This document shows positions 1 to 13,780 of a DNA stretch of 64,000 bases, piece by piece (position 1 is the stretch's first letter; the number at the start of each line of letters is the position of its first letter). Location of the stretch: the NCBI GenBank assembly GCA_964016885.1, contig OZ024740.1:51956001-52020000 (forward strand). Reading direction: 5' to 3'. Both the position numbers and the translations under genes were made by a program. Under the pieces are notes generated by a model that saw nothing but the letters and a program-made list of their open reading frames with translations, had not been told where the DNA came from and did no database searches. The stretch comes from Eledone cirrhosa (Eukaryota).

Positions 1-543
1 AAGGACAACCGTACGAACGCGCATGCGCAGAAACCCGTCACTTCACACAGGCAATACCAAAATGCGTGCGAGAGGTGCAAGGGAGACAACCGCGAAAGTC
101 TGAAAAGTTTTTAGTTGATAAGAAAAAATATTGATGTTGTTACAATAATTCATTCAATCCGGAGCCTTGTAGTTATGCAATAGGTGTTTCGAGACGTGTG
201 GACAACGTGTGAAAAATTCATTTCTCGTGTTTAGGCAACCACTATTGCATAATCTCTTTAGAATATTTATTCGTTCGTCAATACACAGTCCACACGAAGG
301 ATTTCCCCTTGCGTATGGCTTGGACTTAGTGATGGCTTTCTATTGAATGGAGTAGTCTATACTTGAGTCCTTGAGTCGCGAGTTTCGTGGATGAACATCC
401 GTCCGGGTAACTAAAGGTCGACTGATGGTTCAGGAAACGTTCCTTAAATCGGCCCTCCGCCATGCCCACATAGGATTTGACCTCCTGTGGTTGGTTTGGT
501 CGGCTGGAAGTGACCACAGCTTCATAAATTACAGCTGGTGTGT

Positions 544-546
<3 letters not shown>
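1..546 (-). mobile_element. Penelope-like element 3' fragment (GIY-YIG C-terminus + 3' UTR)
   Basis: ORF 326-517 (YVGMAEGRFKERFLNH) is a GIY-YIG motif; sequence is near-identical to 35565-35897 and 37742-38085. Confidence 0.85.
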
Positions 547-582
<36 letters not shown>

Positions 583-649
583 TTTTTTAATTTGTTTTGA
601 AAGGTCTCTTATCTGAAAACGTGTATTGTTATTTCTGTTTACTTTTTAC

Positions 650-700
<51 letters not shown>

Positions 701-804
701 AACGATCGACTTTCGTCAAATCGGACCGAGGAAACAATATTTCCGTTGATCTTTCCAATTGCTAATACTATCTATCGGTCGCAACTCCAGGTAGAAGGAG
801 CGAC

Positions 805-911
805 GTGAAATAAAGTGTCTTGCTCAAGGACATAACGCATCGCCTGGTCCAGGAATCGAACTCACAACCTTTCGAATGCGAATCCAATTCTCTAACCGCT
901 CAGCAACACGC
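805..911 (-). mobile_element. tRNA-derived SINE head with CORE-like segment
   Basis: Minus strand has an A-box-like 'tgctgagcggtt', B box 'gttcgattcc' and 'gtccttgagcaagacactt'; flanked by (TA)n. Confidence 0.7.
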
Positions 912-943
<32 letters not shown>

Positions 944-998
944 GTAAAAAGTAAACAGAAATAAAAAAACTAACGACACAGTAACACACACACACACC

Positions 999-1069
<71 letters not shown>

Positions 1070-1194
1070 TGTAGAATAGTATTCTCCAAAGTTGAAAACA
1101 GAAATCCGAAAAGAATCTAAAATGATTAAATAACAAGTATTTAGGTTAAGTCTTCCTGTTAGGACGAGGTTATAATAACATTGCACTCCGTTAA

Positions 1195-1345
1195 AACTTT
1201 CAATTCCACCGAGGATAGGATCAGTCGATTATATTGACCCCGGCACTTGATGGAACTTTGTTTTATCGACCACGGAACAATTGAAGGGAAAGTTGACATC
1301 AGCAGGATTTGAACTCGGAATGTAAAGAGCCAGAAAAATACCACC
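1195..1345 (-). mobile_element. Degenerate copy of the dominant SINE family
   Basis: Reverse complement resembles 'gagttcaaatcc...actttccctt...gtcgataaa'. Confidence 0.6.
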
Positions 1346-2159
1346 GATTCATCGCCTCTTTACCAACACCCTAACACCAACAACACTATATCATCCCAGA
1401 TGTTATTAGAATCAATCAATGACATACATAAGACTTATTTCCCAAAATGACTTGCTGCAGAAAAAACAAAACAAAAATATTGCGTTCATTCATGGCTTCT
1501 TTGAAACCATGAATTGAAAAACATACTAAACAGATTTTTGTAAAGCATAATTCACTGAATAGTTCAGACAAGCAGAAAGATTGTGATACATTATCTGTCT
1601 ATTTCATGAAGTTGTGCCAGGAAACAACACAACGGGAGTGAATAGATTATTAGTAATGTTTGATCAAAAATGGCAGCCGACTCGTTTGATGGTGTTAATA
1701 AAGGTTAATACCTAAAGAATTCAGTAAATAGTTTGCTATATATACTATGTTTTGTCTTAACTAATTGTTATATATATATATATATATATATGCCTTACTA
1801 AACCTAATAACATGCTATATATGCTATATATATTTTTATTATACCCAATAGCTTGCTATAAATTGACCAGAGTTGTTAATGCAACTATATTCAATTTAGT
1901 AAAATACTACTTGATTTCTCTTTAAAAGTGATCTTTCATGTAAGAAATGAAATTACTTTCCATTAGGCTTATAGTATTCCTGTGGTTATTGCGCTGTGTT
2001 TCAAATATGTACTCGATATGAATAGTATATTTCATAATTTAAATGTGTAAATGCCATATAGATAATATGTGTGTTAAATATGAACATATGGTTAGGTGAA
2101 AGTAAAAAATTCATCTGAAAGTATTATTGAACAAAATATTTTCCATTTTATTTAAAATT

Positions 2160-2200
<41 letters not shown>

Positions 2201-2203
<3 letters not shown>

Positions 2204-2680
2204 AAACTATAATAAAGGGAGGAGCGCGGGACTGCGTACGGTTTATAATGTTTTATCCCATTAGTAAAATAAGTTGGATTACTTTGAATAAATAATGAAT
2301 GAATATTACATAATTTATCTACTAAATTTCGTGGCTGTTGATTAAATATATTTTGTTTATTTAAAGATTCACTTCTTTAAGATTTTTGAAATGTCAACAC
2401 TTCCGGTAGCGATCGCTAAAATAAACATACTAATTTTCTGTCACTAATTTTCTTCTAATGCAGTTTATATATAATATCGTCTTTTATAATGTATCATGGA
2501 TTACGTTACTGATTAAATAAGACTGTAACACAGTCTTCGTTCAATTTCTATGTATTATATATTGTGAATTACGATTTTATTTGATGTATCATATCTACAT
2601 GTATTTATAGCTGCGTATAATATCAATATACACACTACACATGCTAGCAGAAAACTACCGGAAGGGTGGTTTTTCTTCTA

Positions 2681-2681
<1 letters not shown>
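2201..2681 (+). mobile_element. Non-autonomous Helitron
   Basis: 5' TCtaaactataataaag; 3' hairpin aaaactacc-ggaag-ggtggtttt followed by CTAG (2678-2681); inserted between A and T inside (TA)n. Confidence 0.75.
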
Positions 2682-2772
<91 letters not shown>

Positions 2773-2779
<7 letters not shown>

Positions 2780-2945
2780 TTTCTACAGGACTAGAGCTGT
2801 TTCATTCGTGAGCTTCCTGATGATTTCTCACGAATGAAACAGTTCTAGTCCTGTAGAAGCTCTTCTATATTAAAACGTTTATACTCTGCTATGTATTGAG
2901 TACCTTACTTACTGTGGTTACCTCCGATTCAACCCGGAATAACTT
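2773..2945 (+). mobile_element. Fold-back PLE terminal-repeat (pLTR) fragment, family A
   Basis: Inverted arms ~2773-2812 and ~2827-2866 plus an ~80-bp unpaired tail; second copy at 17223-17386. Confidence 0.7.
2810..2862 (+). ncRNA. Type I hammerhead ribozyme motif, family A
   Basis: gagcttc CTGATGA t-ttc-tcac-gaa-t GAAA cag-ttctagtc-ctg TA gaagctc; perfect 7-bp stem I. Confidence 0.8.
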
Positions 2946-4011
2946 ATATATATTTATTTATTTATTTAATATTTAGTCAGGTAAATAAGTGCAGTGTCCA
3001 TGATCCCTTTCAGGTTCTCCGAGACTGGTGGGAAGAAGAATGAGAGAAGTTATTCTCAAACCGGAAGCCTATTTCAAATGCTTGCAAAAGAGAATTCTCA
3101 GCTAGAAGCACCCAATGACCATGTGGTGGTGTTTGAACCGGGTAACAGATTACCTCTAACACCCAAATCGGCCACAACATAATTGAAAGTCAGAATGCAA
3201 AGACCCCAAATTAATACCGCAGAGCATTTCACCCGACATTAACAATTCCACCAAAACAACACCCTGAACTGGTATTGTATTTTATCAACCCTACGAAAGG
3301 AGGAAAGTAAAATAGATCTCATTGAGATTTGAACCAAGAGCTCAGCAAGTTGAACAAATACCGTAAGGCATTTTTCCGAAATATAATTTCAGAGAAAAGT
3401 AAAAGAAAGACGTAACTGTGAACGTTGTGTATGTAATTCGAGTTATAGACAATATTAATATACAAAGAAAGCATACATAGAGCGACTGTTAAGGCTAACT
3501 AAAAAAAAGAAGAAAGTGTGAGTGAGAGAGATTTAAAGATAAGCAGATGAGTGGGAGTAAGATGTGATAAGGGTATGGGAACAGAGTGTTAGTAAACGCT
3601 AAAAGTGAAAGGAAGTACCAACGGTAGAGTTGACATCTTTTCCATAATGTTATTGATGCCTAGCCTTCTGTGGTCGATCAAATAAATACCAGCCAAGTAC
3701 TGATCGATATAATCGATTGTTTCAATCAAATAAAATTTCTAGCCCTGTGTCTACTTAAAAGTTATATAAAACGCAATTTTTAAATGAAAAATTGAAGAAA
3801 TGTGATTTTTAATAGAGATGCAACTGGAAGGTAAAGAAGAACGGAGTTGTTAACGAAGCATAAATATCATTGACAGTCTATATAATCAGCTGTTCTCTTC
3901 ACCCAAAATTGCTGGCCTTGAGTCTATGTATGAAATAAATCTTTCAAATTATGGCACAAGGCTAGAAATTTGAGGGAAGTTGATTATATTGAATCCAGTG
4001 CGTGATTGGTA

Positions 4012-4530
4012 CGTCGCCACAGTGCCGGCCGCATTCCACGTCATGCTGCCCTCAACGAGGTCATTGAGCATGGCTTGGACGCTGCAGGCTTCCCTTCCTA
4101 GCTCGAGCCGGTGGGGCTGGATCGAGGGGACGGCAAAAGGTCAGATGGCATAACCATCTTCCCGTTCCGCGGTGGCAAACCCCTCGTCTCGGATGCCACT
4201 TGCACCGACACTTTCTGCAGCCGCAACCTGGTGTAGTCTGCGACTGACCCAGGTTCTGCTGCACGTCGGGCTGAGGAGGCCAAACTCCTCAAATACCGGT
4301 CGCTCTCCGACAGGTTTGTGGTCGTACCCTTGGCAGTGGAGACCTCTGGTGTCCTCGGCCCCAGAGTTACCTCCTTACTCACCACCATAGGTGCTGAGCT
4401 GGCCAGCCGCAGGTGTGAGCCCCGCGAGTTGGAGTGGCTTTTCCAGCGCGTCTCCCTTGCCGTCCTCCGGGGAAACGCCATTCTGTCCAGCGGGGCTGTG
4501 GGTGAGCCCCATCGCGTATCATTTTTGTAA
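4012..4530 (+). pseudogene. CRE-clade-like non-LTR retrotransposon C-terminus (REL endonuclease)
   Basis: Manual translation RHAALNEVI...LEPVGLDRGDGKRSDGITIFPF..GKPLVSDATC...KY..VPLAVETSGVLGP...FQRVSLAVLRGNA with two in-frame stops; GC-rich island. Confidence 0.8.
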
Positions 4531-4629
4531 ATATGACAACAATCTATCCAACTAATCCATATTTTTATATTGTTAAACCTTCAAAACTTTTATCGACTCT
4601 GGAATGATAAAAGACAAAGTTGACCTCGC

Positions 4630-6350
4630 CCAATTATTCCTGAGAGGGTCGTTGGGGTGAGACCAGCCAAGCTCTAGGATGTTATCCAACCATGTTGCTC
4701 GGGGTCTACTCCTGGGTCTCCTGCTGGTTGGTTTAAACCCGTAAAATCTGTCCTGCAATTCTTTCCTGAGATATGCTAACAACATGCACATATTATTGAA
4801 GCTGTGATCCCGCAATTCGGAGAAGTAGCGGCTCTATCTGGAGTGATTCTCTGATCTCCGAGATAAGCACTCTATCGAATAACGTTATTCCAAAGACTCT
4901 TCGGAGGAACCCCATTGCGGTCGCTTGTGTTTGCGATCTTATTCTTTTGGTCATTACCCAAGATTCATGACCATATGTAAGGATTGGCACGAATACCGAA
5001 TTGAGGATAGCGTGTTTGGCTTTTACACTTACTTCCCTTCTTTTGATTACCAAATGCTGAAGCTGGTACATTACTGCACCAGCTCCATCAATTCTTGCAC
5101 TTAATTCAGCCTTCCGCCTTCAATCACTTGTGAACACGGCCCCGGGATACTTGAACTTCTGTATCTGCTTCAGTGGAACTCCATTCACACGTAGAATGCA
5201 CTGCGCAGGCTCCCATGAGAGGACGAGTGTCTCAGTTTTTGCAGCACAGATTTTCAATCCAGCCATGCAGCACTCACCATCAAACCTATCAAGTGCAATT
5301 TGGAGATCACCTTCTGTCTAGTCAAGAAACACCATTAATCCGAATAGTAGTACTCGGGTATACTCCTGCACAAGCTTCCACAAAATAAGAATATACCTCT
5401 TGGCAATACTCCCACAATTTCTCGAAGACCTGCCGCAGTGTGAATATTTGGTCGGCTGTGTTGTGTCCGAGGCGAAAACCACATTGCTCATCAGCTAGCT
5501 TGGACTCGACAATCTCGCTGTATCTCTTTGCCAGACACTTAGCATAGACTTTATCGGGGAAGCTTAACAAGGAGACCTCTTTGTAATTAGAACATTCTCT
5601 CTTGTCTCTCTTTTTGAAATTGGGAGTATCACTCCCCATTGCCATTACTTAGGTGCCTTTCTAGAGATCCAGAACACCCGGTACACATGAGTCAGCCAGA
5701 GAATACCTTCTCTATTTAAGGCTTTTAACAACTTGAGCCGGATTTCATCTCCCCCAGCGGCTTTGCCACATTTGAGTTGTTTAATTGCCTTTGTGACCTC
5801 AGCCTCCGAGAGATTAGACACCGATCCCAGATGCACCTCGTGTACAACAGAAGATGCCGTTGTGACCAGGTTTAGGAGATCAGCAAAGTATTCTCTCCAC
5901 TTCGTGAGGATGCACCTCTCCAAAGCGAGGAGAACCCCAGATGCATTCCTGATAGTAGGTGTGGAGAAGGACTTCTGATTACGAAGTCGGTGGATGATCT
6001 GCCAGAACACTTTAGACTAAAGACTTCCCTTGTTTTAACTTTGGATACCTTTACTGTCTCTGCGATTCTTTGTGTCTGCTTGTACCGCAAGAAGGAGTAC
6101 TTATTTTCAAGTCAAGCTTTGTAGACCTCCTTCTTTGCTCAGATGGCATCTTTGACCACTTAATTGAACGAAGGAGCCTCCTGCCATACGGCGTCACACC
6201 AAGCCTCTTTCGCTCGCAGCACTTAACAGCCGAAGTTGCACAATTTCCACTCTGTCTCAACGTCCTCAGTTTCCTCAGGGAGTTTTCTGAATTTGAATGC
6301 AATAGTATCTGCATTCCTTATCCACCAACGTTTCCCACTTTATCCTGTAG
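4630..6350 (-). pseudogene. Degenerate RTE-clade LINE (reverse transcriptase region)
   Basis: Fragmented ORFs with KAAGGDEI, KRDKRECSNYKEVSLLS, EQCGFR..TADQIFTLRQVFEK and ILTYGHESW; frameshifts and an internal deletion. Confidence 0.85.
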
Positions 6351-6355
6351 GTCGC

Positions 6356-6512
6356 CATGAACCTGCCAATTTTGTGGGTTTCTTTACTACCCCGTAAGGA
6401 TGAAAGGCACAGTTGATCTCGGCAGGAATTGAACTCAGACTGTAAGGGGTCGTAACTCTATGCTGCAAAGTATGGGTCCGACCTTCTACCTATACTGCCA
6501 ATCCAGCGCCAT
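6356..6512 (-). mobile_element. tRNA-derived SINE (dominant family)
   Basis: Reverse complement matches 39921-40141. Confidence 0.8.
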
Positions 6513-6599
6513 TCGGAGTTAAGAACAATGTAAATAAATTAGTTGAACGAAAATAACAGAGGTTATTAAAATCATAAAAGTAATAATAATTAAATATAT

Positions 6600-7380
<781 letters not shown>

Positions 7381-7508
7381 TACAAAGTATACTTACTTCC
7401 ACGAACATACGGGTAAAGTATACTTACCTATACACATAAGTAATGGTATAAACATGAAATATACTTAGCTACCACATCAAGACGTAAATTATCCACGTAT
7501 TGTCGCTA

Positions 7509-9520
7509 CTATCCGTTAAGGTATAATGTGGGGCTGTAATACAGGAAAGTTTTATGCAATTTGTGTTTACAAGCCGAAATTGCCTCAGATATTTTGTTTA
7601 AGATGTGATCATTGGCGTAGAGTATTTCCAGGGCTTCAGCGGCGCAAAGATCGCATGGTATTTTATTTCTGTTATACGATCTAGCTTTAGCTATGATCTC
7701 CCAGTGTAACTTATATTGGGTGTGGTTGTCTTTTAGACTCCAGATATAAGCTGAAAGTGACGCTATGTTCCTTCTTAAAGGGTTAAGAAAAGAATGGGTG
7801 TGCATGTAAAAACGCTACTTGAATCTATTGGCGGTTAACCCTATGTAGGCCCTACTAGACGTGGGTGTGTCGACCGTATATTTGTAGACAATGTTACTGG
7901 AGAGGCATTTCCCGGATAGTGGGCAGTCTTCCCGATTCCTGCAATTACAGTTAGTATTAACTACAGGGTTGCACGTGTTACTATGGCTAGGTAATTTAGC
8001 TAAATTTGAAGCAGTGATGTTATGCGGAAAGTTAGGAGTCGTGGAGTAAGATATTTTAACGGTATTCCTATTAAAAATTTTATTAAATTTGTGTGCTGAA
8101 GGGAAATGCTTCTTAATAAGGGAGAGAAAGATTTTAGCTAATGGTGTGGCCATCTCCATATTATATGGTGAGTTATACCATGTAATGCGTCAGGATCTAT
8201 TTTTCTTAGGTTTATGCTCATACTTAGTATATGCTACCTTATCGACAAATCCACTCCGAGCAAGCGCTTCATTATAATATGTGGAATGATCGGTGAAAAT
8301 ATGCTCGTTTGTAGATAGACGAGAAAGCCTAAAAGAAACGTTTCTTACCAGGTTCTTGGTTATGCTGGCAGGATGGTTAGAATGCTTACTGATGTAATTA
8401 AGCGTATCATTCGGCTTTCTATATGGGTAGTGCAAGCCATTCGACAAATTGAGGGTAACGTCGAGGTAGTTTACGACAGAAAGGTTGGCCTCACCCTGTA
8501 TGGAGAGGTTGAAGCCTTTAAAGAAAGCTGTGAGTTATTTTCTAAACCTGTCGCAAGCTCGGGGACCCCACTTTGTCATGGTCAAAAGACTGTCATCGCG
8601 GTATAACCCACCGCCTACATTAGGGAATTCTTCCTTGATAGAGAAAAGAAGGAAAAGGCCGATAAGATCTGAAACCCCCGCCGAGTTGCTGGCGCCCATA
8701 TTTACCTCGAATGGGGTACTATTAGATTTTTTTATCCAAATAGAGTCGTCGAAATTAATCACGGACTTACGGGCATTTAGGATGACATCAACTTCGAAAT
8801 CCTTAACTACCGTGAGCGTTTTAGCGAAATTGATAGCTCTAAGAAGAAGTGATGGAGGAGTAGTAATTGTTGATGTTGAATTGGATAAAACGGCAATGTT
8901 CCTTGTTGCATATGCCATTGAACCAATCAATCACCGCGAAAGAATTATTCCACAGTGCAAGAGGGGCCAAGCTTCTAATTTCAGGTATAATTCTATCTAA
9001 GATTCTTTTACTAAGTCTACCTAAATCAGACTTCGTAGGATTAATTAGCCGAATAGAAGGGTTGTTAGCGAAATTGGGTTTGTGATCCTTCAGAGTAAAG
9101 TGGGGGAGAAATAGGGTCCGGTCCTGGATATTGAGTTCTGAAGTGATTTTAAACCCAGCATCGTTGATGTCATTAACAATACTCCGATCGGTTTTCCGGT
9201 AATCCTTGATTACAGCATTATGTAGCAGTTGATGGTATGTACTGCGCTCTACTTGATATAGCTTACCAGTTTTGTCGGAGTGGACGTGCACGGCATCAGA
9301 ATCCTTAATAGAGCGGATTCTATTCTTCAGGTCCTGTTGGAAGGAATTGCTCCTGTTCCGAAATTTGATACTCCGTATGAGTTCCAAGACATCGTTTTCG
9401 AAAGATAACAAAGCTGGGTTTCTCGGAGGGTTATTATAAGTTTTCAACCCAAATTTATTCTGTTTATTGTTCGCTTTATCCTGGTTATCGAAATATTATC
9501 GCTCCACATAAAGACGTTTA
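7509..9520 (-). pseudogene. Penelope-like retroelement ORF (RT + GIY-YIG), frameshifted and 5'-truncated
   Basis: SDKTGKLY, TLKDHKPNF..RLINPTKS, GGLYRDD, YRKPNDTLNYI..SNHP, CNCRNREDCPLSGKC, IVY...YIGLT..FK, CDLC across ORFs 8839-9447, 8535-8930, 8190-8447, 7815-8159 and 7509-7805. Confidence 0.92.
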
Positions 9521-9808
9521 TCTTCGCTTTTTTCCGTTCATTGCCAGGGAACGTCTTCACAAACCAAAGTATCGTCTTCCTGTTTTCCTTCGGTTGCAAC
9601 GTTTTTCGAAATATTTACTTCTGCGTTCACAGATGTTTTTTTTTTAGTTTCAGAAGATCCCGTTAAGGGTGAAAGCAGCGATTCTTTGCTTAAACTTTAA
9701 TCTGTTATTTTAATAAATGTTTGCTCTATGGTTCTTATATATTTGATATATATTTATCCTTATCGAGCCCTCTTTGCATTTTAGTCTTCACACTTATTAT
9801 TATTACTA
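9519..9808 (+). mobile_element. PLE pLTR, family B
   Basis: Near-identical to 31049-31339, which follows a GIY-YIG remnant; contains an HHR motif and ends in (TA)n. Confidence 0.75.
9646..9696 (+). ncRNA. Hammerhead-like motif, family B (U4A core CAGAAGA)
   Basis: agttt CAGAAGA t-ccc-gttaa-ggg-t GAAA gca-gcgattctt-tgc TT aaact. Confidence 0.62.
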
Positions 9809-9829
9809 TATATATAAATATATATATAT

Positions 9830-10070
9830 AGGGCGGGTAAAATTCCCGAGATCCATGTGACGAGTTCTCTCCAGTGGTCTCTGTCCCACATCATCACTGC
9901 CATGCTCTGCGTCTCCAAGAGACCTGTGTCTATCGTTAGGGCATCAACATATGTCAACCTCGGTCTCTCTCTTCTAGTGAGTCCGTGCAGGGGCTCCCAC
10001 AGGAGCACTGAGTGCAGTGTCAACTCTGAATGTCGGTGAGCATGTCCAACTAACCCCAGTCTCCTCTGTG

Positions 10071-10071
<1 letters not shown>
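9830..10071 (-). mobile_element. LINE 3' end (RTE-like), (TA)n-tailed
   Basis: QRRLGLVGHAHRH...LLWEP..G..RRERP; same family as 63200-63592, with the same 3' terminus next to (TA)n. Confidence 0.75.
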
Positions 10072-10147
<76 letters not shown>

Positions 10148-13100
10148 CACCGTTGTATTCGAAATGTATCATTTGTCTCCTTAACTGTACAGAATTATCC
10201 CCAATATGAAATGGTTCCATTTGAAAGAAAAATTGTTTAGTTAGAGGAAGAAAGGAATCGTCCAAGATACCTTCCAGGACTCAGTGACATGTGGGTTGGA
10301 GAAAGGAAGATATAGTTAGATTGGAAACCTGTCAGAATGTTGGCAAGAGAGTGAATTCCGTTAAAACCGGCATAAAACAATTTGTTTATTATCGATGTAT
10401 TTTCCCACTGTGTCGTTCTTTATTATTTTAATAACAACCAAATTATTAATTATCTTATTTTTCATTTAGTACGTATCAATGTTTGCCACAAAGTATTATC
10501 CATATCGATCTTTGACTCTCCTGACCACTAAATTAACCTAACATGAGTGATTCATTGATTAATTTTATGTTAATCTATAAAATAAACTCATCCAAACCGA
10601 GCGGAAAGATATTGCTATGAAAAAAAGGAAAGAAAAAAAAAAGAAATGTGACAGCAACAGCGAAGAAACAAACAAAAATAATACAAAACAAAACAAAAAA
10701 AGAAGCAAAAAACAAGAAAATACAAACAAACAAGCAAGTAAAAACAAAACAAAACAATTTTTAAATCATTACTGCTAAAAATAAAATGAGTAACAATAAA
10801 AACTTAATTTATATAATATAAAAAATATAAGAATCTGTTTATGTAAGCTTAACATTCCTGAAAACAAAAATCAATTTTAAAAATCAAATTTGATAAAACT
10901 ACGTAAATGGATAATTGCTAATAGCAGCAACAAGCTTTCCTTGTGTGCTTCATCAACTACAATGTATTTATTTGTTTATAGTTATTCTAAAAGGCCAAAT
11001 TTCGTGGGCGGCAATTAAGACTGATATAAATGGTAATTTTCTTTTGTCAATTAATGAGATTTTTTTTTGCGGCTGATGAATATGTATTTTAATAGATGTT
11101 ACCGTGTATAGGTCTAACGATATTTAAATTAAACACTCCCGTGGATCAAGCCTTATGAAATGTTTCTGTGTAAAAATGATCCAGGATGTAAGTGTCTATG
11201 TATTTTTGTGACTTCGTCAGAAGACGAAGAGTAGCTCCTAAGACCTATGTGGGCCTCTTAAGATTGGGCAAATAAAAGAAGAAATGACAACAGATGAGTT
11301 ATCACTAGACTGATTACCTGACTAAAATACATGGCAACAGTGGGCTTTGCTAAAGGCCCTGAAAGACCACGTTGTGGCGTTAAATCAGGCGATGAATTAA
11401 AACTACCTACCCAATAACAAATAGAATCAATCTTGTCTACCCAATTTCATCCACAAGGGCTTGGTTCGACACTCGGCTGAATTTGTCGCTTGAAGATTTA
11501 GCTCATCAAGGGACTAGTTATGAAATAAATGTTAACTGCTTTATGAAGTGATACAAACACAATATAGCAAGGACAGTGTTAACATATTTAATTTAGTGAG
11601 CCCAAATATTTTAAGTAATCATAATTACACCCTTGATGAGGAGAAAGGACTATTAACTTTCTGGTAAAAATTCTGGTACAAACTTGAGAGGGTATAATAA
11701 GATCGAAACATATCCACAGTTTTTAACGTAGGGTTGTCTCTCCTACCTTTTTTAATTATAATTAATCATTAAGATAATATTTCTTCATCTACACTACGGG
11801 GTAATTTTAATATCTTGGTTCACTACATCAGGTATGTTAACATGAGCTTGAGCCTTTGATGTTCATCAGATCGCATCCTTGATTATTCACCTTTCCTCGT
11901 TCTGATATGACAAAGTGACGAATAGTCGATGGAGTCAACAGGATAGGACAACCGGCTGGGGAGTCAACAGTTCGTATCAGATCACTGTGGGTTCACATAC
12001 AAGATACATGATTTTCATCCCAGCTCAGTCCACTTAAATGTGTCAACCAATAAAGGGTTCACAATGTAGACACTAAACTTGCTAGAAATAGCAACCAAAT
12101 ATCCTTCAAATTACATCCTACATTATTAAAAAAGATAGGAAACGAACAATACACCTTTCATCATAAACCTGTTCGATCAGAAACTTAGCTAGGGTTACAA
12201 AACAGCTACAATAACAATAGCCTAGATGTAAACAACTAGCACACATTGCTATAGTTCACTGTAGTAAGCAGTGATAGCACTATAAAACTGATAAGTGGCT
12301 CGTTGTATTACAATATCGAGTTCAATTAAACAACGTGGTCCTAGTGGTATTTTTGTCTTTCTGGAAAATAAAAAAGTCGGGGCATTAGATTAGCAATCTC
12401 TTCACCTTAAACAACACACAAAACAAAGAGAAATGAATCATACGAGAAGATATGACCAAGCCGTGCTGTAAAATATATATCAAATATATGATATCTATTT
12501 TAAAATCAATGCTATTTGTCCAATTTACTAATGTACATCAATATAGAGATGTTGCAGTGATATTATAACTATATAAAGTTCGTTTGTAAATTCAATATAT
12601 ATTATTACTCACGCAATATTGTGAATAAATAGAGAGTTGATTGCTTGATATTTCGGTGATCAAAGCTATCTATCAATCTTTGATCAACTTTATTGATTTA
12701 TTTGAAGGGAGGGAAAAGATAATCATATATTTCTTACAGGACTTGACTGCTGTTTTATTTTATCACTCCCCCTTTCCAGGAGTGATGGAACTTAAAGATG
12801 ACCTCAATGGTATGGAAGATATAACAGCCACAAAAACAACTACATCAAACATCCAAAAACAGCCTTGGTAGAACATACCTATGATCAAAAGTATATTAGC
12901 CATGATAATCTCATCTTGTTTTCAGAGTCAAAGTATCACATATATTTCCCCTTCAAGATACTAGGCTGTAAATTAACGAAGATTTGGTTGCTATTTCTAG
13001 CAAGTCCTTCTCTTTTAACATTCCGATTCCATATACATTTAATATCAACAATATGACCAAAAGAAAATATCTCGGGGGAGCGTTCTGCATACTAAATGCA

Positions 13101-13274
13101 TGGTAAGGCTTGACATGTGTAAGATAATGAGTTGAAAAAAACTTCCATCAGTCGTGATTACCCTCACAATTAGTAGACAGAAACTCCTCTAAGGGAGGTA
13201 ACTTTATTTAGATCAGTTGATCGAAATATTTGAACGAGATAGACAATGCAGATTGGAGTAGATCTGGTCTTTAA

Positions 13275-13474
13275 CCCTTTAATGTTTAAACCGGCCAGAA
13301 TTCTCTACCTCTTTCTGTTGTAACTGGTTGCTGAAACTGATGTTAAGGTATTGTTCTCAAAATAAATACTTTCAAAATCTCATAGATTCGATATTATGTG
13401 AGATAATTATGCGAGGTAAAGCCTTTACCATGAAAATAAAATAGTATATATAGAGTAATGTGAATGCTAAAGGG
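13275..13474. mobile_element. piggyBac-type MITE
   Basis: TTAA-CCCTTTA ... TAAAGGG-TTAA termini. Confidence 0.65.
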
Positions 13475-13559
13475 TTAAAGCCAATTGGTGAAAGCAACTT
13501 ATATCTCAGGTATTTTCCCTCATTTTATATTATTGACATTCATTATCATTGAATATAGA

Positions 13560-13780
13560 AGGGCAGGGATTTAGCAGAATTTGAGAGCGTCGGACAACAT
13601 GCTTAGTGGCATAGAGTTATGGTCATTTACGTCCTGAGTTCAAATCCCGCCTAGGTTAGCTTTGCTTTTCATCCTTACAGGGATCGATATAATAAAGCAC
13701 CAGTAATGCACTGGGGTCGATTTAATCAACTTTTTCCCTTCCCCCAAGTTTGTTGGCCCTGTGTCTAAATCAGAAAACAT
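13560..13780 (+). mobile_element. tRNA-derived SINE (dominant family)
   Basis: B box 'gagttcaaatccc' and conserved body 'tttcatccttac.ggg.tcgat...caccagtaatgcactgggg'. Confidence 0.85.

Noticed and set aside
805-911. Genuine tRNA gene
   Set aside because: The tRNA-like head runs into a SINE body and no full cloverleaf is evident
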